Assembly (NCBI GenBank): GCA_027604505.1
Contig: JADIIX010000079.1
Coordinates: 62,001-104,846 of the forward strand
Direction of reading: 5' to 3'
Length of the DNA stretch: 42,846 nucleotides
From: Gonapodya sp. JEL0774
Lineage: Eukaryota
The position numbers were made by a program, and so were the translations under genes. Positions 12,743 through 23,891 of the stretch are shown here, in pieces. The notes beneath the pieces are model-generated. The model worked only from the letters and a program-made list of their open reading frames with translations. It was not told where the DNA came from and ran no database searches. The stretch's first letter is position 1; each line of letters starts with the position of its first letter.

Positions 12743-15700
12743 TCAGAAAGTTTTAATTATCTGTTTCTTCTGTGCGTCGTGGTGGAAGCCAGATGCAAGG
12801 AACGCGGGACTCTCATAGAATGACCGGAAGTCAAAGATATTGAGTTCGCGAGCCTGATCCATTGTTTGTTCGAGCGATCCGTGAAAGTCCAGTAAAAATA
12901 ATCGTCATAGAGCGCCATAAATAACAACCAAAAGCCCCAGAGCTCACCCTTGCTTCAAAGTCATCCGAGTTCATCTCAAGGAATTCGGGCATTGCTCCAC
13001 CATCTCTATTTCGGAAGTGGTGGTACTTAAGGTGATCGCGGACGAGGTCGGAAAGGATGTAGTTGAGGAGCTCGGATTGATCACGATGAAAGTTGATGTA
13101 TCGCGCGAATTGCTGAATCATCACATGTTGATGACGACGATGCAATACGACAAAAGTAATTGAGCAACAATGCACAAAAGAGACAAAGAGCCGCTATCCG
13201 ACTTCGGAGTTTCAAACAGTCCACTCACCCTCTGCATTTGTCTTCTCACACTAAACTTCTGCGCCTTTACAAAACTCTCCACCATCGTGCGAACAGCCAT
13301 ATCCACGTCATCTGACCTCACGTCCTCTCGCAGATGCATTTTCGCATTGGCCTCCGACATACGAATCATACTTTCCAAATGACGGACAGTGATAGGAATT
13401 GAGTCTCCGACCAAAGAGGCTCGCCGCAGCTCGGCATAAACAGAAGCGAGTCGGTCTGTATCGATGGAGTTGATCTTAGGGTGGATGCGGGTGCGAGCGT
13501 ACATTATGTACTTCTTCAGCAGATCTTGCGGTATGAGCTGCAGACGGTACGATGATTTTGAGCGTCAGCGATACCAAGATTCACGACCACAAGGCCACGT
13601 CAACAGCTCACATCAGGATCTTGAGCCTTCGCGACAGTATTTGCTTCCTTCTCAAAATTTGGGTGACTTCTAACATGCGAATCGATCACAAAATCAGCCA
13701 GCAGGCCGTCCACGACGGGGTCTGGTCGGTCCTGGACTACGGACAGGACGTCAAATCGCGACAAAATGGGCTCGGTGAGCTCAACGTTGGCATTGAAGGG
13801 TATTCGAGGATCGTATCGACCACGAACGGGATTGGCGGCGGCGATGACTGTGCAGCGGGCTTGAAGGGTGGTGACAATGCTAATGAAACATGTGTCATTG
13901 AGGGAAAGCTAAAGATGGGAGTTAGGGAGTAGCATGTTGACTATGTACACACCCTGCCTTTGAGATCGAGATGGATTGTTGCTCCATAGCTTCGTGAATT
14001 GAGGTTCTGCACGATATCAATTTGAAACGAGAACAGAAAATCATCGAGCGCTTCCATAACATACCTATCCTGGTCATTCATCTTGTCGAATTCGTCTATT
14101 AAGCACACCCCTTTATCCGCCAACACCAATGCACCTCCCTCGAGTGTCCATTCCCTCGTCACCGGGTCCTTCCTCACACTAGCGGTCAGACCAACAGCCG
14201 AAGCGCCTTGACCAGTTGTGTACACGGCACGCTGCGCGGTTTTCTCGACATACTTGAGGATCTGTGACTTTGCCGTTCCGGGATCACCGAGGAGGAGGAC
14301 GTTGATATCGCCACGGATTCGATGTTTATTTTGGGGGTTCTTCGGGACACCACCGAACAGGGCCAGTGCGATGGCGGTTTTCACGTCTTCGTGACCATAG
14401 ATGGACGGCGCAATTGAACGGATGATCTGATCGAACACAGACAAGAGAGATCGTAAAATGAAGGTAACGGAATGGACGAAAATACTATGATCCCTGTCGT
14501 ACGGAACCACAACTGACCCTTTGCCCTACTCCTTCATTCTTCGCAAGTCTTTGAATGTCCCTTTCATCCTCTTCAGTAAGTCTGAAGCTGGCAAACTGGT
14601 CCTCCTTCTTTTCAACGTGATTGGCTTCAATAACCGTGGCGAACACAGGAAATCCGTTGCGCGTGTTAAGCGCACTGTCAAAGTTGTTACGATAAATGCC
14701 GGTGACAATAACTTCCTCGCCAGGGCGGGCACAGTCAATGAGATCCCAGAGGAGGATGATTTCACGAGTACGAGGAAGACGACCAGGGGGAACGGTTCCA
14801 GGGGACTCTTGAAGTGTCATTTTCTGGTAGTTCCGGTAAACAGTCTATAATGATACAAGTGAGCGAACCAGATTGAAAGCATACAGGTCTTCACACTCCT
14901 GGTCGTTTCTTACCTGTTCTGCATTCACTATGAAAGGTCCCTTGCTATCGCATTCCGAGCAGTTTCCAATCCTCAACTCGCTTGTAGTATCCTGGTAAAA
15001 TGGTCCCAATACTGCACCGCACTTGCCACAGTCGTACTTGACGTACTTGAGCTGCGGGAAAACACCTGTACGGCGCGTGACAACACCTTGCACGCGGACT
15101 AAGGTATTGAGTTGGATTTGCCTTGGAAGCAAGTGCCCAGAGAGTGTTTTCATTCGATGGATTTCAAGGTAATGCCAACCTTCTTTGCAAAACCCACCTT
15201 AACTCCCTCAACTCGTCCAAGTGTGGCAGCTCCGTGATTCTAACGTGCACTTCCGACCTGATGGTGTCATAGTCTTCAAACACGTCCAGAACCACTTCCA
15301 TCGCGACTTGATCAAACATCTTGAGAGCTTCCGATGGGGCATTGGAGGTGATGTAAGATAGGACAGAGTCGTGGTTGAAGAGATCCATGTATGACACTTC
15401 GAGTGATTCGCCGTTCTCTGAGAATCACGTGTGCGAAGTCAGGTCTTGATATCCCTCCGCACCCGTTCCGAAAACGCTTTCTGCCCTGCCGCAGTAACTC
15501 ACTCTCGCACATGGCCCTTATTCTTTCCGCGTACACAGGCTCCAGTCTGTCGTTTGTGAACTGCGTGAGAAATTGCTGGAACGCCATCATAAAGTACTGG
15601 CGGGTCGCTTCTTGAGAGACGTAGTCGAGGAGGTTGCTTCCTTTGAAGTCCGAGATGGAATCAATTGTGATGACGGGCTCCTAGATCGGTTCGGATCGGC

Positions 15701-17219
15701 GAGGCTTGAGCGAGTTCCCTGCGGTAAACCAACATCACACCAAACTCACATCCCCTCCATCGAGGTCCATTTCCCCATCAGCTGCTGGAGCGGCGTGCCT
15801 CCTCCGGAAACGACGCTGGTACGTATCGTCTTCTTGGTCGTCTGGGGTGGGAAGAGAGAAAAGTAGGTCACAAGAGAGCGAACCCATTGAAGGCCATTAG
15901 CAGTGCATCTCCCCCGCTCTCTTCTCAGTCTTCGAGTAACCACCGCAACACGGTGCCATGAACTCACCATCATCCCACTTTCCGAGCCCACCCCTCCTCC
16001 TAGTTTCTTCACGGTCCCGTCTTGCCATCCTGCGCTCGACCTCTCGCCTCTGCTCGATAGACATGTTCTCGTAGATGGCCTCGTCGAGGTCACCGGCGTC
16101 GTAGCGGTCAAGAGCAGCATTTTCTCGGTAGTCACTATGGGGGTTTGAGGGCGGTATCATGGTTGAGTTTTGATCAATCATTGGTTCGGAAGAACAAAAC
16201 CAAGGATGTCCCGTTTATGGTATGTGACCACTCACGCTTCCATTCCTTCACCAAATAGATCTTCTCCTTCTTCTTCTTCCTCTTGTTCCTCCGCTGCATC
16301 AAGCGCATCGTCCATCCTCCGTAACTCATCTGCGTCCTCTCTGTCAAACTCATCCTCTCCATCTGGACCCGCTGCATCGCTCGACGGCCCCGAGCTAGGA
16401 GGCCCTCCACCTCCAGCGGCAGCCACAGGGCGAGCGCCCTGACGGAGGCGGCGGAATGTGTGGGTCGGTGAGGAAGAAAGGGCGTTGGAAGGGATGGAGG
16501 CGAGTGGGGTGCGCTCCTCGCCGGGAGCGCCAGCGCGACCACCATTTGCAGGTGGTTGGTTGGTTTCATCATCGCGAGGGCGTTTGCGGTCAGCCTTGGT
16601 GTGGTGTGATGGATTGGGAGAAAGAAGTAAGAGCAAATTGGTGGGATCAGTGACCAGCGAGAATGCAAACTTGAAGGCTCTCGCCACTGGTTCAGATAAA
16701 ACGAGGCTTCATGATCGCATCATGTATCCTTCTCCTCGAGTTTCACATCGATTTCGGTCTTTTCGGCACATTTGTCGTCTCCAACAGGACGTAGACAGAG
16801 ATCCAGCAGCCACCAAGGGTGACACTTCCAGGCAAGCCACGGACTCAACAGCCATCGCCATATGATGCTTTCAAGTCCATCTTCCAGATTCCTATATGGC
16901 CTTGCCTGTGTTCTCACAAATCAATGGCAATCCGATGTTCAGGGGAGTGACATCGGAACTCTCCCTGTCAGAGTCAGTCCCCGGGTCCCTCACGTCACAA
17001 GAATGGCAAAAGGTAAAAAAAATATATGCGTTCTGATGAATTCCGGCCGTCGGACGATTCGGGTTCCAATCCAGGATGTCTGGTGTAACATCCCCCAAGC
17101 ATCCCCCCCAACTGGGACGTGATTTGAGCGATTTTCGAGCCAAAGCGACTTGCAGGGTCCCAATCACAGATAACCGTAGTATGTTTCGTCGACCACGATG
17201 AGATTTTGCAACTCACCAT
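12743..17219 (-). CDS. MCM2: DNA replication licensing factor MCM2, multi-exon
   Basis: Acidic N-terminus [21 protein letters not shown]. Zn finger [22 protein letters not shown], Walker [10 protein letters not shown], Walker B IDEFDKM, SRFD arginine finger, [16 protein letters not shown]. The last exon ends IIKTF* (stop 12743-12745). The start is inferred as an ATG-only exon at 17219-17217 (ATG|GTGAGT) spliced to ADRKRPRDD at 16594. Confidence 0.96.
16595..17216 (-). other. Predicted first intron of MCM2 (~622 nt) with multiple inverted repeats; candidate structured RNA
   Basis: GTGAGT donor immediately after the ATG; ccaag acceptor in frame with the next exon. Several complementary segments lie inside (see findings). 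Confidence 0.55.
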
Positions 17220-18856
17220 GTCGGATTCGAGTGTGCTTGAAGTGTTTGGATTGTCTCCTTGTGAGGAATGAACACTGCACATCTGGGGAACTGCCACAGT
17301 AATTTGTGTATGAGCAGATCACGAAACAAGGTTAAGAATCCACTGTGTCTGTGATGCGAAATGTGTATCAAGAGAGCATTTCGTCAACGACAATAAGGAT
17401 TGAAGGACAAGTGGCATTAGATGGATCGGCTCAGCACAGTAATATTGTAATCGCAGTCACGAAGCAAGCCTTCACATGCGAGAATTTTTGCGCAGAATGG
17501 TTTTGTAGCGTTTCTTGCCACAATAGAATGGAACGGTGTTGGACATTAATCTGTTCATGTCCTGGGCTGGGCAGAGTTGCATGAGTCATTCTTTCAATTC
17601 CCCCAACACCACTCCCGCACTTTGCAATGGAGCAAGATAAAAGCAGAGAGAAGATGAAGGACAACCAGAAGAGCTCTCAAGCCGATCATGAACCAGTTGC
17701 TTTCGAAGGTGCGTGACGTGAGATACATCGAGGCCGTATAAAGATCAATGAAACAGAAGAGATCGTCCTGCAAGACCTACCCAAAGGTGCCCCAGTTGCG
17801 GACTCAGGACATGGTCCTGACCGATACGAGAGCAAGGAACCACTCAAGCTCGGAGACAACAAAGCCGCCTTGTTCGGCGAAGGAGAGCAGGCAATAAAAG
17901 CCGCGGCGAAACACCATTGAGAATGCTTTTGGCCCAGGAGGAGGGAAGAAGTCTTTCGATGAGGTGGCGAACATATGGTGTGCGGGGAGGGAGGAATAAG
18001 AGGAGGGGAGAATGTAATGAACAACACAGTCAATTACAGCAACGAATTGAAATACTTTGACAAGCAGGGAGCCATTTTTGATTTCAAAAATGTTTGGAGG
18101 TCAGAAGCTCTTGTCACGCACTTTTCTTCTCTCCTTCCAACTTTTCTTCATGAGTGTACATACCCCGGCAAGACACCACGAAGGGAGGAAGGAAAGAGGC
18201 TTATTATTGAGCTTTATCATAATTCTTTCCATAATTAATCTCTATCTGTCAAGGAACAATTGATTTCTGATACAGAGTGACTTGATTATAATTCAAGGGT
18301 GACGACATAACGAATTGTGCGTCGCAAACACAGTTCCTCGCTGACTGTGCTGAGGGGCCTGTTTTTGTTTTGCACCCCTGAACCGCCACGCCTGGCCGGA
18401 AGGAGAAAGGGAGGCACACCCATCGACTGTGTTGCCAATCAAATCGTTCTATTGGATTAGATTCAACGAATTCTGGAAATACATTTATCATCTGGGTGGC
18501 TGCAAATAACTAGAAGATGCGCATCTGTTTGATCTTGCCTTGACCAGTTCGAAATATATGCGAGGCGAACTGTTCAACTGCTGCGACTGTGCTGTGACCC
18601 TTTCCATTTCTCTTCCACCTTGAAATCTGCTGCGTTCCATTCTGCTGGATCCAAGTCTTCGCACTCTTCCCGTGCGCATCGCTGATTCTTTGCCATCATC
18701 CTGATCCGCAGCTGTGAGTTTGCACGAGTGTGGTCTTCTCATTTCAAGGAGTCAGCCACCCGATCCCCCACCATCAGAAAACCAGAGCACTGATGCACTC
18801 TGCACTCTTCTTTCCTATCCTCTCTCAACAGCTTGCCATCCCCCGCTGGAATCGTC

Positions 18857-21800
18857 ATGAGAAAATGGTTGTGTGTGGCCCTCGCGGCAGTGGCGACGCT
18901 TCAAGGAGCCCTCGCGGTTACTTGCCCTGCCAACACCTCACCATCCACCGACGGCTCGTGTGATGCTCTAAACACCTACATGACAGCGATGGGTATCACA
19001 TCCTTGGGTACCCCGTCGTGCTGCTGCGGAGCCACCTTACAGAGTGGTACGAATGCTGATCCCTATGATGGTCACAGCTTCATCACGTGCAACGCTCAAG
19101 GACACGTTTCTGAAGTCCACTTCGACGATGTTCCAATGGGTTACGCCCCTAAAAAGTAAGTCCTCCTTAGAGATTAAAGGCGTGTCATCTTTGTTCCAAC
19201 TGTGGACCGTCCAACCGTGTCATTCTAACAGTATGCCAGGGAGCTTTGACCAACTCCCCGATCTGGAAAGACTTACTCTCCGGCACCTTAATATCCAAGG
19301 ACAAATTCCTGATGTTAACGCGAACCCAAAACTCATTCAATTGAATCTTTGGTGCGTGGTTTACTCACCTAAGTGATGAAGAACTCGATCTAACTCTCTG
19401 AAAAACTGCAGCTATAATGACTTGAGAGGATTCATTGCAAACCCGCAATTCCCCCAATCTTTCACTACTCTGCAATTACAGTGAGTCGAGACAGTTACTA
19501 AAAGGACCTCAAAATTCAATCCTCTTTTGCCGCTCAGGGGCAACTACAACCTGGGAGGTAACATTCCCGACTCTCTACTCCAGCATGCGCCACTGGAACA
19601 ATTTGAAATTGGGTAAGCTAGTGAAGAATCTCTTTATCTCTGTGCAGTATGATCCAATAGTGGTACCTTCTCAAACGAAAACTTGTGCCCTTTCAATGCC
19701 TGTGAAGCTACACCCAGTTAACTTCCGACAAAGGATATCCGGACTTCACCAAGACAAATCTTCATATAATCACAGCGTACGATACGATTGGCCTGAAAGG
19801 ATCTATCGACGGCAAGTTCCCGAGCACTATGAACAACAATGACAGCCTTTGCGCAATTTACAAAAGCGCGACCCAGGAAATCTTTTGGTGCGACAAAGAT
19901 AAGGTACCATCTGCAGTCGTAAGTCCCATAGTGTTTTAGATCTCATCTCTCATTTTATTTAGGTTCCCAATAACTGTAAAAAAGAAAATGCAGAGAATGG
20001 TGCCCCACAGGGCACGCTCGCCCAATGTCCCAAGCCGCCTGAGACCACGACGCTGTACGTCCATCGTTTTCAGAAATCTCACGTGCCCAACAAACTCACG
20101 TTCTCTCCATGACTCGATCGTACAGCACAACGCAAACGCAGACCACCAGTACTATAACGCAAACGCAGACCACCAGTACTACGACGAACACGAAGACAAC
20201 TTCTACCACCACCAAGACGCAGACACAAACAAGTTCTACTACTACAGAAACGCAAACCACTGCAACCCCGACTCCAACATGTGCAGCAGGAACATCCAAG
20301 AGTTCGGACGACTCGTGCTCAAACTTGGATGGTTACCTTGGGACCATGGGTATTCCGCAGCTGCAAAACCCTCTATGCTGCTGTGGTGCGCAGTGGGCAA
20401 CAGCAACCTCTGGTCCAAGCGGCGGAGGCTCACTTGACAACGTAACTAGCCACGTTTACTGCAACACCCAACAGAAAGTATCAGAGATCGTATTTGATAC
20501 CACTGTTTTAGACTATACGGATACACACTCGTGGGTTGAAGCGACAAGAGCAAATAGTTGGCCGACCCATGTGTACTCATGATCATTTTCTCCCTCTACA
20601 GCATGCCTGCAAGCCTGGCGCTCCTTCCAGATCTCGAAGTCGTCAGCATTCGAAATCTAAATCTCGATGGAGTTTTGCCCGATCTTAGCGCAAACACGAA
20701 ACTCCAGAAGATAAATGTGTGGTAGGTTTATAGACATTGGGTTCTGAATCAACACTTCCGTCTAACGGAGATTTAATCTCAGCTGGAATAAGCTTACCGG
20801 GTTTGCCAACCCTAACTTCCTGCCGAATTCTGCGCTCCAGGAGATGCAGCTATCGTGAGTGATAGCGACTGTGCACAACGGAGCTCAACTCACTGTTTTC
20901 TCATCACAACAGCAACAACTACAATTTGGAAGCCACATTCCCCCAATCCCTACTACAGCTCGCAAACTTGGTGACGTTCGAGATTGGGTGCGTTGTTCCT
21001 AACCACGTCTTTCTTGTGCATCAATGCTCACCGTTGCGCCGCGCCGTCTCACCACTTGCACAGTTACACCAAGCTTTCTACGTCAAACGGGAACTATCCC
21101 GACTTCAGAAACACAAGTCTCAAATACATCACGGCATATGGGACAACAGGCCTAACAGGCTCTATCGATGACAAGTTCCCTCCCCAACTGAACAAAAAAT
21201 GCGAATTGTTTGATCCCAACCAACCCGCAAATATATACTGGTGCGAGGAGTCAAGGGTAAGTGTAATCCATGTGAGCATGACAGTTTCTTGGGCTCAAGC
21301 TCTTGTCGCAGGTGCCCGCCATCTGCCGCGGTGGCCCGTACAATGCTCCAAAGGGCAACGACACACAGTGTGCAAGGACCACGACCACGTATGATTCTTA
21401 CCACTGATTTTTGGTACTGTATTTCCGACAAACTCAATCTCTCTTGCACAAATTTATTACCAGCACGACGCAGTCGACTACTACATTTACAACTTCGACA
21501 ACGACCTACACCACGTCGACAACAACCTACACATCTTCGACAACGTCCTACACGTCTTCGACAACATCGTACACTTCTTCCACGACTTCCCAGACCACCA
21601 ACACTCCGACCACCACAACGGAGTCAACTACCACATTGACGACTCAGACGACTAGCACCACGAGGTAGTCACGGGTCTCTGTGCTTCGCAGTATCACTGT
21701 CTGACTTCGCCTTCTACACAGTTTGACGACGACCACCTCCTACACGCCGTCCACAACAACAACTGTCACATTTACGCCTTCTACGACGACCTCGTTTACA

Positions 21801-22986
21801 CTGAGGTGAGCTTTTGCGATTCTGCGGGCATTTCTTCCCAAGCGCATGTGTATTCATACGAACCGGTTATGTTCCTGGAACCAGCTCGACTACATCTTTC
21901 ACGTAAGCTCATCTGGAGTTAATCTAAAACATACTCCTTTTGATATCACGAATACTCCTTTCTCTCTCAGGGCCACCACGACTTTGGTTCCTACCACGAC
22001 AATCGTCCCTACCACGACAATCGTGCCTACCACGACAATCGTGCCTACCACGACGATCGTTCCGGTCGCGACTACGACGATCGTTCCAGTCCCGACCACG
22101 ACAATTATTTCTTCTGTTCCACTCGTTCTGGTTATCCCTACGAGCACCACAGTAGTGATCCCACCTACCACTGTCCCCGTGCCACCGACTACCGTTGCTG
22201 CCCCACCTACGACTGTTCCACCCACAACCGCTGCCGCCACCTCCACGACAGTTGCAGTAACGACCGCTGTCACTACTACAGTCACAGTGATGCGGACGAC
22301 CACCACTACTACCACCAACTCCACCATTGTTGCAGTTGCACAGGATGCTGGAGGTGGTGTGAACACACTCGCTGTGGGTCTCGGTGCTGGTCTCGGTGGG
22401 GCGGTACTGATTGCCGGTGTCGGGACGCTCATTTGGACCGGCACGTTCGGCGGGTAAGATTCTCGAACTTCGGCTGTATGCTGTTCCTGTCTCACGTTTA
22501 CCTTTTCGTCAGCCTTGTCGGATCCGGAGCAGCTGCGATGACCACCACAGCCGCAGGAGCGGCTGGCGCTGCAGGAGGGGCCGCTTCGACAGAAGCGATT
22601 AGCGCGGCGGCGATTGCAACACAGCTGGCATTAGACGGCAAAGANNNNNNNNNNCACCAGGGATGGCTGTAGCAGGCATAGTGGGTGGAACCGCAGTGGC
22701 AGGCGGGGTCACTGGAGGTGCAGCTGCTACAGCAATGGGCAAGACCGCCGGAATAACTGCGACTACCGCGACTGGTGCTGCCACAACAGCAGGAACTGGC
22801 ACGGGGGCAGCTGCTGGAGTGGCGACCACAGCTGGAACTTCGGCACTCCAGGCGGGAGGGATGGCGACGGCGGCGTCCGCGGGTGCTGCTGGAGGAGCTC
22901 TCCCGACCTCCGCTTATGCTTCTCTGATTGTACCTGGAGCCGCTTCTGCTCCTCTACTGGCAGCAGCTGCAGATGAAAGGCGTTAA
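18857..22986 (+). CDS. Receptor-like surface protein B (paralog of A) with two tandem Cys-capped LRR modules, Thr-rich stalk, membrane segment and Ala/Gly/Thr tail
   Basis: ATG 18857 MRKWLCVALAAVATLQGALA. Module 1: SCDALNTY..PSCCCGA..TC..VSEV, LRRs IQGQIPD and GNYNLGGNIPDSLL. Module 2: SCSNLDGY..PLCCCGA..YC..VSEI, LDGVLPD and NNYNLEATFPQSLL. Membrane segment LAVGLGAGLGGAVLIAGVGTLIW. Ends DERR*. The tail is interrupted by an N gap at 22645-22654. Confidence 0.85.
21480..21590 (+). repeat. Coding 21-nt (7-aa) repeat T(T/S)YTSST x~5
   Basis: acgacctacaccacgtcgaca / acaacctacacatcttcgaca / acgtcctacacgtcttcgaca / acatcgtacacttcttccacg. Confidence 0.85.
21987..22106 (+). repeat. Coding 18-nt repeat VPTTTI x4 followed by two 24-nt variants
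   Basis: gttcctaccacgacaatc gtccctaccacgacaatc gtgcctaccacgacaatc gtgcctaccacgacgatc, then VPVATTTI and VPVPTTTI. Confidence 0.92.
22645..22654. other. Assembly gap (10 N) inside the last exon of protein B
   Basis: Run of 10 n; the reading frame differs on either side, so the true gap length is probably not 10. Confidence 0.98.
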
Positions 22987-23891
22987 ATCGGCTCAAGTGA
23001 AACTAGGATACGCAGTCAGTTTTGCCTTAAGCATAGATTACAGTATCTTTATGTAAGCTATATATTTGAATCCTGCACTATTTTGAGTAAAGGGGAAGAT
23101 GGGGCTTTAGTTTATGTCGTAAAAAGTCAACCAATGGTTCTGTTTTCGACGCAGAACTTACAAACAAACCCAATACGTGGGGAGGGAATCGGAGCTACCT
23201 CTCGGTGAGTGGCCCAGAAACGGCTTGGAGCATCTATGTACTGATATCTATGTGCGTATGTAATTTGCTGGATGGTTTGGAGCAGGACAGTGTCCCGCCA
23301 TGTTCTCCCCGTTCAGCACAAGGGCCATATTGTAGCAGTTGGTGGGCTATTTTGAAAATACACTGCGCACTGGAAAGTTAAACAACATATACATATTGTA
23401 AAAGAAAGAAGGGTGATTTGACCTCTCCACGAAACAACGAATCACTCTGGATGCTCGGATTGTGGTGCAGATTTTTCGCTTCATCTTGAATCGCCACCAT
23501 CAACCAAAGCATTCGATCAACAAAGGGTTGGGAGTGCAGAGTTTATCCGATAACCCAAACGTCACCATCTCTCCGCAAGCTTCGCCAGTAATACATAGCC
23601 CGATTTGCACCGGGTGAAGGATGCTGCGCTCGGTTTTATTCCCGAACCTTTCAAGTTGTGCGTGCGATCAGGGACATTTTGTCGTGGTTCAGGGATTCTG
23701 ACTGTCCACTTCAATTTTCACAAACTCCTGCTTTTCGGCTGGCCACGACTTCCATTTGATCTATATAGATGATGTCGATTCCGATCCTAGCAAGGAAACG
23801 CGGGCTGGACGTGGGTCTCGTTGAAATCGTACCATCATACGGGGGATACTCAATCTACCGGTGCTGTGTCTCCGGTTCTGGTTGCTTTCAG

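Noticed and set aside
16724..16732. GTATCCTT resembling a U12-type 5' splice site (a weaker match also at ~31210)
   Set aside because: The first is antisense to MCM2 with no + strand gene. The second lies inside an ordinary GTGAGT donor. No minor intron is supported.
17033..17060. CTGATGA followed by a short hairpin, resembling a hammerhead ribozyme core
   Set aside because: The required GAAA after stem II is absent (reads GATT), and no stems I/III are evident.
16595..17216. MCM2 intron as telomerase RNA, RNase MRP/P, U14, snR30 or TPP riboswitch
   Set aside because: No CCCUAA-type template; only partial motif look-alikes (AGTCCCCGG, AGGATGTCTG, ATTCCTA), on the antisense strand and without their partner boxes.
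21987..22106. Short direct repeats as a CRISPR-like array
   Set aside because: In-frame coding repeats with no spacers, in a eukaryotic gene.
22640..22670. Apparent frameshift in the tail of gene B
   Set aside because: It coincides with the 10-N assembly gap, so it is not evidence of a pseudogene or programmed frameshift.
23299..23336. gccATGTTCTCC as the SCY1 start codon
   Set aside because: Plausible context, but the frame stops after 11 codons and I could not find a convincing splice path to the downstream exons.
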